A stretch of 64,000 nucleotides of DNA from an uncultured Rhodobacteraceae bacterium (GTDB lineage: Bacteria > Pseudomonadota > Alphaproteobacteria > Rhodobacterales > Rhodobacteraceae): contig CALILP010000038.1 of assembly GCA_938016515.1 (NCBI GenBank), positions 1,930-65,929 on the forward strand. Reading direction: 5' to 3'. Position 1 is the first letter of the stretch. Each line of letters begins with the position of its first letter. The notes under the pieces are model-generated. The model searched no databases. It was not told the DNA's origin and saw only the letters and a program-made list of their open reading frames with translations. A program made the translations under genes and the position numbers. Of this stretch, positions 1 through 9,391 are shown one piece after another.

Positions 1-47
1 GTTGCGATCTTTTGCACCCTAATCAGCCACCCGGCAAAGGAAAACCC

Positions 48-1208
48 ATGCCCATCATCAATCGGATCGCAGATTTCACGGAGGATATGACAGCGTGGCG
101 GCGGCACTTGCATGCGCATCCAGAAGTGAACTTTGACTGCCATGAAACGGCGGCTTTTGTCGTGGCGCGTCTTCGGGACTTTGGGATCACAGATATTCAC
201 GAGGGCATTGCCACCAGCGGGGTTGTTGCGATGATCGAAGGGCAGGGCGCAGGGCCAACGATTGGGTTGCGGGCCGATATGGACGCGCTGCCAATGGATG
301 AGATCACAGGGTTAGAGTATGCGTCTGCGACGTCAGGCGCGATGCATGCTTGTGGTCATGACGGACATACGACGATGCTGCTGGGGGCTGCGCGATATCT
401 GGCGGAAACCCGCAATTTTACAGGCCGGGTTGCCCTGATCTTTCAGCCAGCAGAAGAACTTGGCGGCGGTGGCCGGGTCATGGTGGAAGAGGGCATTCTG
501 GACCGCTTTGGCATCGCACAAGTCTATGCATTGCATACGCTGCCCGGTCTTCCTGTTGGCCATTTTCTGACAACACCGGGCCCGATCATGGCAGCCGTTG
601 ACACCGCGACAATCCAGATCCGGGGCCGTGGTGGACATGGGGCGATGCCGCATGAGACGGCGGACCCTTTGATTGCGGCGGTCAGTTTGGTGCAGGCGAT
701 CCAATCGATTGTCAGCCGGAACCATGATCCGATGCAGGAGTTGGTGATTTCGGTGACGCAAATCCACGCAGGCTCTGCGGATAACGTCATACCTGACGAG
801 GCATGGGTCCAAGCGACTGTTCGGACCTTTGATACGGCTGTTCAGCGGATGGTCATGCGTCGATTGGAAGAGATTGTGGCGGGGCAGGCTGCAAGTTTTG
901 GAGTGGAGGCCACGCTGGACTATGCAATTGGCTATCCTCCGACGATCAACGATCCGGAGAAAACAGCCTTCGCCGCCGCTATTGCTGCTGAAGTTGCCGG
1001 TCAAGCGGCTGTTGACGCAGAAATGCAGCCGCAGATGGGATCGGAAGATTTCGCCTATTTGCTGAATGATCGGCCTGGGTGCTATCTGTTTGTTGGGAAT
1101 GGCGATACAGCAGGGCTGCACCATCCGATGTTTGATTTTACGGATGAAACAGCGGCTTACGGCGCGTCGTTCTTTGCGCGGGTGGTCGAGCGGGCCAATC
1201 CAGTTTGA
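48..1208 (+). CDS. M20D-family amidohydrolase (hippurate hydrolase-like)
   Basis: Motifs RRHLHAHPE, LRADMDALP, MHACGHDGH, FQPAEE, GSEDF, LHHP; ATG at 48 preceded by AAGGA. Confidence 0.9.
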   Translation: MPIINRIADFTEDMTAWRRHLHAHPEVNFDCHETAAFVVARLRDFGITDIHEGIATSGVVAMIEGQGAGPTIGLRADMDALPMDEITGLEYASATSGAMHACGHDGHTTMLLGAARYLAETRNFTGRVALIFQPAEELGGGGRVMVEEGILDRFGIAQVYALHTLPGLPVGHFLTTPGPIMAAVDTATIQIRGRGGHGAMPHETADPLIAAVSLVQAIQSIVSRNHDPMQELVISVTQIHAGSADNVIPDEAWVQATVRTFDTAVQRMVMRRLEEIVAGQAASFGVEATLDYAIGYPPTINDPEKTAFAAAIAAEVAGQAAVDAEMQPQMGSEDFAYLLNDRPGCYLFVGNGDTAGLHHPMFDFTDETAAYGASFFARVVERANPV

Positions 1209-1327
1209 CCGCGTGGTTTGACCCCAATGAGCGCGTTCCGCGCATGCGATTTTTTGTCGACCCGCACGGCGCGGTGCTGCGGTCTGCAAGCGTGCCTTGC
1301 ACTATGTCGCACCCGTCCTTGACCCCA

Positions 1328-1345
1328 CTGACACCGCAGTGTCAG
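1328..1345. promoter_or_regulatory. Palindrome CTGACAC-N4-GTGTCAG, possible operator of the ureohydrolase genes
   Basis: Perfect 7-bp inverted repeat ending 24 nt upstream of the ATG at 1369. Confidence 0.3.
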
Positions 1346-1368
1346 GTATTCGAAAAGGGGAACACATC

Positions 1369-2328
1369 ATGAGTCTGGAAGATGCCAAACGCGAGATTGA
1401 TCGTGGTTTCACGGGTGAATTGAAAGGCTTGGCCTATGAAAACGCCTTTGCCGGTGCCACGTCCTTTCTGCGACGTCGCTATACGAAGGATTTGACTGAC
1501 GTCGATCTGGTCGTGACCGGTGTCCCTTTTGATCAAGCCGTGACCCATCGCACGGGCACCCGCATGGGCCCGCGCGCGATCCGTGAAGCCTCGACTTTGC
1601 AGCCATTTGATCCGCCCTATGGCTGGGATGGCTTTGATCCTTTGTCTGAATTTGCCATCGTTGACTATGGCGATCTGGCCTTTGACTACGCCTATACCCC
1701 TAGTTTTCCGGGGCTTTTGCAGGATCATATCGCGGGGATATTGGCGCGGGGGCCCGGCACCATTTCCTTGGGTGGCGATCATTTCATGACCCTGCCGATC
1801 CTGCGCGCCTATGCCAAAAAGTATGGACCGATGTCGGTGATCCAGTTTGATGCCCACTCTGACCTGTGGCCCGATGATGATATGGACCGCATTGATCATG
1901 GGACGTTCATGTACAAGGCCGTGAAAGCCGGGATCGTGGATGTAAGCCGCTCTGTTCAGATCGGGATCCGCACGGACTGTGATGATTATCTGGGGATGCC
2001 TTTTATTGATGCCCGCACATGTCACGAGAAGGGGGCGTCGTATGTCGTTGATCAGGTGAAGAAAATCGTGGGTAACCACCCGACTTATGTGACCTTTGAT
2101 ATCGATGCTTTGGATCCAGCCTTTGCGCCCGGAACGGGCACCCCGGTTTGGGGTGGTTTGGCCTCCTGGCAGGCGGCTGCGATGCTGCGGGATCTGGCTG
2201 GGATCAACATGGTGGGCGGCGACGTTGTTGAGGTCTCGCCTGCGTATGATCCGACCGGGGCGACGGCGATAGCAGGGGCGCACGTCGCGATGGAACTTTG
2301 TTGTCTTGCGCTATGGAACAAAAGGTAA
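1369..2328 (+). CDS. speB: Agmatinase (ureohydrolase family)
   Basis: Metal-binding motifs GGDH, DAHSD, DIDALDP, PGTGTP, DVVEVSP; RBS AAGGGG before ATG 1369. Confidence 0.8.
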   Translation: MSLEDAKREIDRGFTGELKGLAYENAFAGATSFLRRRYTKDLTDVDLVVTGVPFDQAVTHRTGTRMGPRAIREASTLQPFDPPYGWDGFDPLSEFAIVDYGDLAFDYAYTPSFPGLLQDHIAGILARGPGTISLGGDHFMTLPILRAYAKKYGPMSVIQFDAHSDLWPDDDMDRIDHGTFMYKAVKAGIVDVSRSVQIGIRTDCDDYLGMPFIDARTCHEKGASYVVDQVKKIVGNHPTYVTFDIDALDPAFAPGTGTPVWGGLASWQAAAMLRDLAGINMVGGDVVEVSPAYDPTGATAIAGAHVAMELCCLALWNKR

Positions 2329-2330
2329 AA

Positions 2331-3275
2331 ATGATGCCAAACATGCCCATTTCCGGCAATGATCTGGCCCGGTTTTCCGGTCCGCAGACCTTTATGCGCT
2401 TGCCAGAGGCTGCGACGGCTGATGGAGTCGACGTTGGCTTTATCGGGATACCGATGGACATCGGGACGTCCTGGCGATCAGGCACCCGGATGGGGCCGAA
2501 ACAATTGCGCGAGCAATCCGCGATGATCCGGCCTTATAACATCCAAACCGGGGCTGCGCCCTTTGATGCATTGCAGTGCGTGGACCTTGGGGATGTGCCG
2601 ATCAACACGTTTAGCCTATCCGAATCTATTCGTTTGATTACAGAGACCTATGATGCGCACTTACAGCATGATTTTATTCCGATGGGGCTGGGTGGGGACC
2701 ATACGTTAACGCTTCCTATCTTGCGGTCGATCGCCAAGAAACATGGACCTGTTGCATTGGTCCATGTGGACGCCCATGCCGATGTAAACGACGAGATGTT
2801 TGGCGAGCGTGAGACGCATGGCACCGTGTTCAGGCGCGCGTATGAGGAAGGGCTGATCACTGCTGACAAGGTTTTTCAGATCGGGCTGCGCGGTACTGGC
2901 TACACTGCCGATGATTTTACGGAAGCCGCGGGTTGGGGGTTCAATCAATATCTGGCGCCTGATCTATGGCACAAGAGCCTTGCGCCGCTTGCTGCTGAAA
3001 TAAAACAGAAAATTGGTGATCAGAAGACCTATATCACTTATGATATCGACAGTCTTGATCCAGCGTATGCACCGGGAACGGGTACGCCAGAAATCGGGGG
3101 GCTGACCACGCCGCAGGCGATGGAACTGATCCGGGGATTGCGGGGATTGAACATCGTGGGCTGTGATCTGGTGGAAGTTTCACCGCCTTATGATACCAGC
3201 GGAAATACAGCACTGACCGGCGCAAATCTGATGTTCGAGATGTTGTCGATCTTGCCGGGCGTGCCCTACAGATAG
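2331..3275 (+). CDS. Second ureohydrolase (guanidinobutyrase/guanidinopropionase-like)
   Basis: Motifs GGDH, DAHAD, DIDSLDP, PGTGTPE; N-terminus PISGNDLARFSG resembles GbuA-type enzymes. Confidence 0.8.
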   Translation: MMPNMPISGNDLARFSGPQTFMRLPEAATADGVDVGFIGIPMDIGTSWRSGTRMGPKQLREQSAMIRPYNIQTGAAPFDALQCVDLGDVPINTFSLSESIRLITETYDAHLQHDFIPMGLGGDHTLTLPILRSIAKKHGPVALVHVDAHADVNDEMFGERETHGTVFRRAYEEGLITADKVFQIGLRGTGYTADDFTEAAGWGFNQYLAPDLWHKSLAPLAAEIKQKIGDQKTYITYDIDSLDPAYAPGTGTPEIGGLTTPQAMELIRGLRGLNIVGCDLVEVSPPYDTSGNTALTGANLMFEMLSILPGVPYR

Positions 3276-3277
3276 GT

Positions 3278-3328
3278 GTACACCGCGCGTGCACCAATCG
3301 TACACCGGCGGTACACCGATGAAGCACC
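3278..3328 (+). repeat. Array of GTRCACC motifs with exact 11-bp period (4 good copies, 1 degenerate)
   Basis: GTACACC 3278, GTGCACC 3289, GTACACC 3300, GTACACC 3311, AAGCACC 3322. Confidence 0.8.
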
Positions 3329-3365
3329 GTCCGGTCGTTTGTTTTGATAGAAAGGATTAACACAT

Positions 3366-3815
3366 ATGCGGTGGATCGCGCTATTCGTCATCGTCGTTGT
3401 CGCAGGCTTTGCAGCTTACGTTCGGCTGGCGCCACCGAACCTGACGGTCATTCACGCGGCAAGCACACCGCGTGATCCCGGAGATTACCCGACCACTGGC
3501 AGTTTCACGGCTGTGCGCGCCCTGACAACCTCGCCCGTGGAGGCGCTGACTGCGATTGCGCGCATTGCGGAACAGACAAACCGCACGTCGTTGCTGGCGG
3601 GGTCTGTGGATGAGGGGATGATAACCTTTGTGACCCGCAGCCGGGTGATGGGGTTCCCTGATTACACAACCGTTTCGATTGTGCTTGCAGACGATGATGC
3701 CCCTTTGCTGATGATCCATGGGCGGTTACGCTTTGGCGCTTCAGATCTTGGCGTGAACCGGGCCCGGATTGAAGGGTGGTTGGCCCAATTGGGTCCACTG
3801 GTCGTGGCCCCTTGA
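3366..3815 (+). CDS. DUF1499-family membrane-anchored protein
   Basis: N-terminal TM helix; motifs [10 protein letters not shown] and [14 protein letters not shown]; RBS AAAGGA. Confidence 0.8.
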   Translation: MRWIALFVIVVVAGFAAYVRLAPPNLTVIHAASTPRDPGDYPTTGSFTAVRALTTSPVEALTAIARIAEQTNRTSLLAGSVDEGMITFVTRSRVMGFPDYTTVSIVLADDDAPLLMIHGRLRFGASDLGVNRARIEGWLAQLGPLVVAP

Positions 3816-3846
3816 CCAAGCCCCGCCAATCCGCCAAGCCAAACCC

Positions 3847-4902
3847 ATGATTGCGGAAGACAAAATCAACCAACTGATCGACCGGTTCCAGTTTCTGGAA
3901 GCGAAGATGTCTGGCGATGTGGCCGGATCGGACATCGCGAAATTGGCGAAGGAATACAGCGACCTGAAACCCGTTGTTGAGACGGTGTCTGCCTATCGCG
4001 ACCTTGTTCAGCAGATTGCCGATGCCGAGGCGATGCTGAAAGACCCGGAAATGCGCGAACTGGCAGAAATGGAGCTGCCGGATCTGAAAAGCCAATTGGC
4101 TGGATCAGAGCATGACGTGCAACTGGCTTTGCTGCCCAAAGATGCCGCTGATGAACGACCTGCACTGATCGAGATCAGGCCGGGTACGGGTGGCGACGAA
4201 GCCGCCTTGTTTGCGGGTGATTTGCTGCGGATGTATCAGCGCTATGCTGAAGGACGTGGCTGGGCATTTGAATTGCTGGAACACACGGAATCGGAGCTGG
4301 GTGGCGTGAAAGAAGCCATCGCACGGGTCGCTGGTGAGGGCGTCTTTGCGAAACTGAAGTATGAGAGCGGCGTGCACCGCGTACAGCGCGTGCCGGAGAC
4401 GGAAAGCGGCGGCCGGATACATACGTCTGCTGCCACGGTTGCCGTTCTGCCGGAAGCCGAGGATGTGGACGTGCAGATCGCCTCGACCGATATTCGGATT
4501 GATACGATGCGCGCCTCCGGCTCTGGCGGGCAGCACGTGAACACAACCGATTCTGCGGTGCGGATCACGCACTTACCGACCGGAATTATTGTGGTCAGCG
4601 CCGAGAAATCACAGCACCGCAACCGCGAAATTGCGATGCAGGTGCTTAAGACCCGGCTGTTCGATTTGGAGCGGCAGCGGGTTGATGGGGAACGCTCTGC
4701 CGATCGTAAGGCGCAGGTGGGGTCTGGTGACCGCTCGGAGCGGATTCGGACCTATAATTTTCCGCAAGGCCGAATGACGGATCACCGGATCAATCTGACG
4801 CTTTATTCACTGGGTCAAGTGATGCAGGGCGATCTGGATGAGGTGATCGATGCCTTGGCCGCTGATGCGCAGGCCGCTTTGCTGGCGGACATGGGCGCGT
4901 GA
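3847..4902 (+). CDS. prfA: Peptide chain release factor 1
   Basis: GGQ motif ([16 protein letters not shown]), PET anticodon-mimic motif in [17 protein letters not shown]. Confidence 0.97.
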   Translation: MIAEDKINQLIDRFQFLEAKMSGDVAGSDIAKLAKEYSDLKPVVETVSAYRDLVQQIADAEAMLKDPEMRELAEMELPDLKSQLAGSEHDVQLALLPKDAADERPALIEIRPGTGGDEAALFAGDLLRMYQRYAEGRGWAFELLEHTESELGGVKEAIARVAGEGVFAKLKYESGVHRVQRVPETESGGRIHTSAATVAVLPEAEDVDVQIASTDIRIDTMRASGSGGQHVNTTDSAVRITHLPTGIIVVSAEKSQHRNREIAMQVLKTRLFDLERQRVDGERSADRKAQVGSGDRSERIRTYNFPQGRMTDHRINLTLYSLGQVMQGDLDEVIDALAADAQAALLADMGA

Positions 4903-5741
4903 GCCAAACCGTGCAGGCCGCTGTGCGGGCTGGGGTCGCGCAACTCAAAGACGCTGGGATAGATGGCGCTGCCCGCGATGCGCAGGTGCTGATGGCGCAT
5001 GTTCTGGGTGTCCGGACGGATCGGTTGATCCTGATCGGTCCTGATCCGCTGACCGAAAAGCAGGCAGCGACATTTGATGATATGATCCAGCGGCGTGCGA
5101 GCCGTGAGCCGGTTTCACATCTGGTCGGCGGGCGGATGTTCTATGATCGCTGGTTTAAGGTCACGCCGGATGTCCTTGATCCCAGACCCGAAACCGAGAC
5201 CTTGATTGCGACCGCGTTGGCGCGACCTTTTCAACGGGTCCTTGATTTGGGCACCGGATCAGGTTGCATCTTGCTGACGCTGCTGGCTGAGCGTCCGGGG
5301 ACTACTGGCATTGGAACGGACATTTCGGTTCAGGCGGTTTCCGTCGCAAATGAAAACCGGGAACGGCTTGGTTTGACGGACCGTGCAACGATTGGTCAGG
5401 CCAGTTGGTATACCCAAGTGAGTGGCAGGTTTGATTTGATCGTCTCGAACCCTCCATATATTGCTATCGCAGAAATGGCCGATTTGCAGCCAGAGGTCCG
5501 CGATCACGAACCCCGGTTGGCATTGACGGACGAAGGCGATGGCCTTGCCTGTTATCGCGCGATTGTGGCGGATGCCCCGGATTTTCTGACGCCGCAGGGG
5601 TATCTGATGGTCGAAATCGGACCGACGCAGGCTGCAGCAGTGTCACAGATGTTGGTCGGGCGGGGATTCGCAAACATCACCGTCACGCAGGATATTGATG
5701 GCCGAGACCGTGTCGTTTCCGCCCAAAACACGGGCAAATAG
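4899..5741 (+). CDS. prmC: Release factor glutamine methyltransferase (HemK)
   Basis: Motifs [21 protein letters not shown]; overlaps the prfA stop. Confidence 0.95.
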   Translation: MSQTVQAAVRAGVAQLKDAGIDGAARDAQVLMAHVLGVRTDRLILIGPDPLTEKQAATFDDMIQRRASREPVSHLVGGRMFYDRWFKVTPDVLDPRPETETLIATALARPFQRVLDLGTGSGCILLTLLAERPGTTGIGTDISVQAVSVANENRERLGLTDRATIGQASWYTQVSGRFDLIVSNPPYIAIAEMADLQPEVRDHEPRLALTDEGDGLACYRAIVADAPDFLTPQGYLMVEIGPTQAAAVSQMLVGRGFANITVTQDIDGRDRVVSAQNTGK

Positions 5742-5931
5742 GCCGTTTTTCGGGTCTGACACCACTTTGTCCTTGCGTGACACAAGCGATCATGCTTTTT
5801 CGAGTGTACCGGCAGCAGAGCGTTGGCTCTCGCTGGTTAGTCGCCAAAAACGCTTTATCCACATGCGCCGCGCTGCTGCGGGCAGGATCGTAAAGCGCAA
5901 CAAAGTCTAGAAGGCTTGACGGAAGTATTCC

Positions 5932-6507
5932 ATGAGATCATCAAAGTCGCGTTCGCGGGGCAATAAGAACCGCAATAACCGCCCCTCTGGCGGGAATATC
6001 ATCAACCGCGTATTTGACAGCAACGGCCCTGACGGCAAAGTCCGTGGGACGCCCCAGCAGATTATCGAAAAATACAATCAGCTGCATCGTGACGCCCAGC
6101 TGTCAGGCGACCGTGTGAACGCCGAAAACTTCGCACAACATGCAGAGCATTATTTGCGCCTGCTTGCCGAAGCCCAACGCGAGGTTGACGCAAAGCGCGA
6201 AGAGCAAGAGCAAGCCAACCGCGAGCGTCAGGCAGAACGGGATCGCGAGCGTGCAGAGCGTCTGAAGGCCCAGGAGGCTGCCGCCAATGCCGATCCCGGT
6301 GCTGGCGAACAGCCCGGTGGCGACGCGAACCTGGTGGACACCCCTGAAGCAAAGCAGGGCGATGACCAACCGGCCCCAAAACCACGCCGTGCCCGTCAGC
6401 CGCGCAAACCCCGCGCCCCCAAGCCGGACAAGGCAGAGGGTGACGCCCCCCAAGATCCGGCCCCCGCACCCCCTGATGGTGATGCCGCGCCGGAAGCCGC
6501 TGAATGA
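5932..6507 (+). CDS. DUF4167-family protein with disordered tails
   Basis: Core FDSNGPDGKVRGTPQQIIEKY...AENFAQHAEHY; position after prmC is typical of alphaproteobacteria. Confidence 0.85.
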   Translation: MRSSKSRSRGNKNRNNRPSGGNIINRVFDSNGPDGKVRGTPQQIIEKYNQLHRDAQLSGDRVNAENFAQHAEHYLRLLAEAQREVDAKREEQEQANRERQAERDRERAERLKAQEAAANADPGAGEQPGGDANLVDTPEAKQGDDQPAPKPRRARQPRKPRAPKPDKAEGDAPQDPAPAPPDGDAAPEAAE

Positions 6508-7076
6508 GAACACAGCCCTCCGGTTTCGGGGGGCTTTTTTCTGCCCGGCGCATTGTGGTTGTCGGTGCAAACGGTGCAGGTAAGACATGGTTCGCGAACC
6601 GGTTGTCCGCTGCCTTGGGATGCGACGTCACCCACAACGACGCCTTGGCCCTGACAACGCAGTGGGCCCACCGCGAAAAGGCAGATATCCGTTTGGCCCG
6701 TGATGCCATCGCCGCTCGTGAGGCGTGGATCATCGAGGGTGGACCCTCGACGCTGAGCGGTGTCGTATTGGACCGCGCCCAAGTGACCGTTTGGCTGGAC
6801 ATGCCGCGGTGGGTGCGGGTCCGCCGCGTTCTTTGGCGCTCTGTGGTGTTTATGGGCCGCCAACGCCCGGAACATCCCACGGGCAACCGCGAGTGGCCAG
6901 GGCGGCGCCAGACCCGCTTTATCGCAAAGACCTGGGCCTCTGACGCGGCCATGCGGCGTGCCATTACCGCCGGGCTGGAACGCTGTGCGGGGCAGATTTT
7001 GCATCTTGTCAGTCCTGCAGAAGTTGCGACACTGTTGGCGCATGCAGACAGGGTCAAGGCCCAGACAGATGATTGA
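6504..7076 (+). CDS. P-loop kinase, adenylate-kinase-like / FlaR-like
   Basis: Walker A in RIVVVGANGAGKT; WIIEG and VWLD motifs; start uncertain (ATGA overlap with upstream stop). Confidence 0.65.
   Translation: MRTQPSGFGGLFSARRIVVVGANGAGKTWFANRLSAALGCDVTHNDALALTTQWAHREKADIRLARDAIAAREAWIIEGGPSTLSGVVLDRAQVTVWLDMPRWVRVRRVLWRSVVFMGRQRPEHPTGNREWPGRRQTRFIAKTWASDAAMRRAITAGLERCAGQILHLVSPAEVATLLAHADRVKAQTDD
6514..6540 (+). terminator. Rho-independent terminator after the DUF4167 gene
   Basis: Stem-loop AGCCCTCCG-GTTT-CGGGGGGCT followed by a T-run. Confidence 0.75.
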
Positions 7077-7506
7077 GATCAAAGACTGCAAGACGGCTGA
7101 TTTGCCCGCGCTGATTGAATTGTACGCCTTCCTTAACCCCGGTGATCTGCCGTGTTCAGTCTCCTGCGCTGCAGACAGCCTTGGACAACTGGGCCGCTAT
7201 CCCGGCAGCGCCATCATGACCGGCTGGGTGGATGGGACGCTTGTCGCGTCTTGCACCTTGATCGTGATCCCCAATATTTCGCGGGCCGGCACGCCCTATG
7301 CCTTGATCGAGAACGTTGTGACCCACGGCGACTATCGCAAACGTGGTTTTGGCACTGCCATGCTGAAAGACGCCGTCGGGCGGGCTTGGGCCTGTGGCTG
7401 CTACAAAGTGATGCTGCTGACAGGAACGACCAAGCAAAGCACGTTGGATTTCTACGCAGCGGCGGGATTTGCCCAGACCAAAACCGGTTTCCAGATCAGG
7501 CGTTAA
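7069..7506 (+). CDS. GNAT-family N-acetyltransferase
   Basis: Acetyl-CoA motif in [16 protein letters not shown]; GCYKVML; FYAAAGF. Confidence 0.85.
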   Translation: MIEIKDCKTADLPALIELYAFLNPGDLPCSVSCAADSLGQLGRYPGSAIMTGWVDGTLVASCTLIVIPNISRAGTPYALIENVVTHGDYRKRGFGTAMLKDAVGRAWACGCYKVMLLTGTTKQSTLDFYAAAGFAQTKTGFQIRR

Positions 7507-8348
7507 GTGGTTCCAGCCACGCTGCGGGCAAGGGCACAGAACCCTTCCAAGGGCACCTGTTCGGCCCGTTCGGTCGGTTTGATCCCGGCAGCAACCAGAT
7601 GGTCTTCTATGTCTGGCCCCAGCGACTTTAAGGCAGAGCGCAGCATCTTGCGCCGCTGATTGAAACCTGCGGCAACCACCTTGTTCAAGACGGCCGGGTC
7701 GGCGGGAAAGCGGGGTGCGGGCAGGGCCGTCAGATGCACCACCGCAGAGCTGACCTTGGGGGGAGGCGAAAATGCCTCTGGCGGCAAATCCAGTACGATG
7801 CGTGGATCGGCCCGCCATTGCGCCAGCAAAGCCAGACGACCGTAAGCCTTGGTGCCCGGCTGGGCCACGATCCGTTGCGCCACTTCGCGTTGGAACATTA
7901 AGGTCAGGCTGTCCCAGAACGGGGGCCAGTCTTTTGGGGTCAGCCAGCGCACCAGCAATTCGGTGCCGACGTTATAAGGCAGGTTTGCGGCGATCTTGAT
8001 GGGGGCTGTCAGATGGGCCAGCGGGTCGATTTCCAGCGCGTCGCCGTTGATGACCTCGAGCTGGCCCGGATAGCGCGCGCTGATCTCTGCCAGGGCCGCC
8101 ATACAACGGGGGTCTTTCTCGATCGCCAGAACCTTGCGCGCGCCTTCGGCCAGCAACCCCCGGGTCAGCCCACCCGGACCCGGCCCAACTTCCAGCACAT
8201 CCGCCCCGGACAGATCGCCTGCCAGACGCGCAATCTTTGCTGTCAGGTTCAGGTCCAGCAAAAAGTTCTGTCCCAAAGCCTTCTTTGCCGCGATCCCGTG
8301 CGTTGCAATCACATCCCGCAACGGCGGCAGATCATCAATGCTGCTCAT
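7503..8348 (-). CDS. rsmA: 16S rRNA adenine dimethyltransferase (KsgA)
   Basis: Motifs [39 protein letters not shown]. Confidence 0.96.
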   Translation of the reverse strand: MSSIDDLPPLRDVIATHGIAAKKALGQNFLLDLNLTAKIARLAGDLSGADVLEVGPGPGGLTRGLLAEGARKVLAIEKDPRCMAALAEISARYPGQLEVINGDALEIDPLAHLTAPIKIAANLPYNVGTELLVRWLTPKDWPPFWDSLTLMFQREVAQRIVAQPGTKAYGRLALLAQWRADPRIVLDLPPEAFSPPPKVSSAVVHLTALPAPRFPADPAVLNKVVAAGFNQRRKMLRSALKSLGPDIEDHLVAAGIKPTERAEQVPLEGFCALARSVAGTT

Positions 8349-8411
8349 CAGGACCACACCCGAAAGGCTTCTTTGTTTCTTTCTATATCCCCCCCGGAGG
8401 GTCCCGCACCA

Positions 8412-9386
8412 TCAACCATTCCGCGCATCTGCCATTCTGGATGCCAGCTTGATTGCCTCAATCATCGATGACGCATTGGCCTGCCCCTGACCTGCGATAT
8501 CAAAGGCGGTCCCATGGTCCGGAGAGGTCCGGATGAACGGCAAGCCAAGCGTCACATTCACGCCCGTATCAAAGCCAAGGGTTTTGACAGGGATAAGCGC
8601 TTGATCATGGTACATGCAGACCGCCACGTCATAGCGGGCCCGCGCGCTTGCATGAAACATTGTGTCCGCAGACATCGGTCCTGTCAGATCCATGCCTTCG
8701 CTGCGCAGGGCATCAAGGACGGGGATGATCATGTCGATTTCTTCCATGCCCATTTTGCCGTCTTCGCCCGCATGTGGGTTCAGGCCAGCCACTGCGATCC
8801 GGGGCCGGTCGATCCCAAAGTCGCGCCGCAGGGATGCGTGTGTGATCAGCAGTGTATCTGTAAGAAGGCTGGCCGTCAGTTCAGATGATACCTGCGCCAA
8901 GGCGATGTGGATGGTTGTCGGCACCACCCGCAATTCATCGCAGGCCAGCATCATCACCACCCGGTCCACGCCTGCCAAGGCGGCCAGATATTCGGTGTGA
9001 CCGGGGTATTGGAAATCTGCCCCATCAATTAGCGCCGCCTTGTGGATTGGTGCCGTGCAGATCGCCCGCGCCTGTCCACGGGTCACAAGATCGACCCCAT
9101 CTGCAATCGCCTCGATGACCCCTTGCGCATGAACCGGATTGGCCGTGCCCGGCGTGACAGGTCCGCCAAAGTCCCGTGCAAGGACCGGCAGGGCTGTCGC
9201 GCTGTGCTGGCCCGCTTCGGAGGGATCTGTGATGATCTGATAAGGTGTTCCCGCGGGCAGGTGGGTCGGGTCGCCGATCCATAACAGCACTGTGTCCTGT
9301 CGCAATTCCCGCCACGCCTGCACCGCGATTTCTGGTCCGATGCCTGCCGGTTCCCCACAACTGATGACGACAGGTTTTTGGGTCAC
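8412..9386 (-). CDS. pdxA: 4-hydroxythreonine-4-phosphate dehydrogenase
   Basis: Motifs GEPAGIGPE, GHTEYL, GLNPHAGE, MYHDQ, RTSPDHGTAFDIAG. Confidence 0.96.
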   Translation of the reverse strand: MTQKPVVISCGEPAGIGPEIAVQAWRELRQDTVLLWIGDPTHLPAGTPYQIITDPSEAGQHSATALPVLARDFGGPVTPGTANPVHAQGVIEAIADGVDLVTRGQARAICTAPIHKAALIDGADFQYPGHTEYLAALAGVDRVVMMLACDELRVVPTTIHIALAQVSSELTASLLTDTLLITHASLRRDFGIDRPRIAVAGLNPHAGEDGKMGMEEIDMIIPVLDALRSEGMDLTGPMSADTMFHASARARYDVAVCMYHDQALIPVKTLGFDTGVNVTLGLPFIRTSPDHGTAFDIAGQGQANASSMIEAIKLASRMADARNG

Positions 9387-9391
9387 GTCAC

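Noticed and set aside
1209-1368. Guanidine riboswitch upstream of the ureohydrolases
   Set aside because: Only one ACGG-containing loop with the wrong closure (CCGC-ACGGC-GCGG); no pair of ACGR tetraloop hairpins and no recognisable class I or III consensus
3278-3328. Mini-CRISPR array
   Set aside because: The 7-bp repeats and 4-bp linkers are far too short, and no cas genes are in the window
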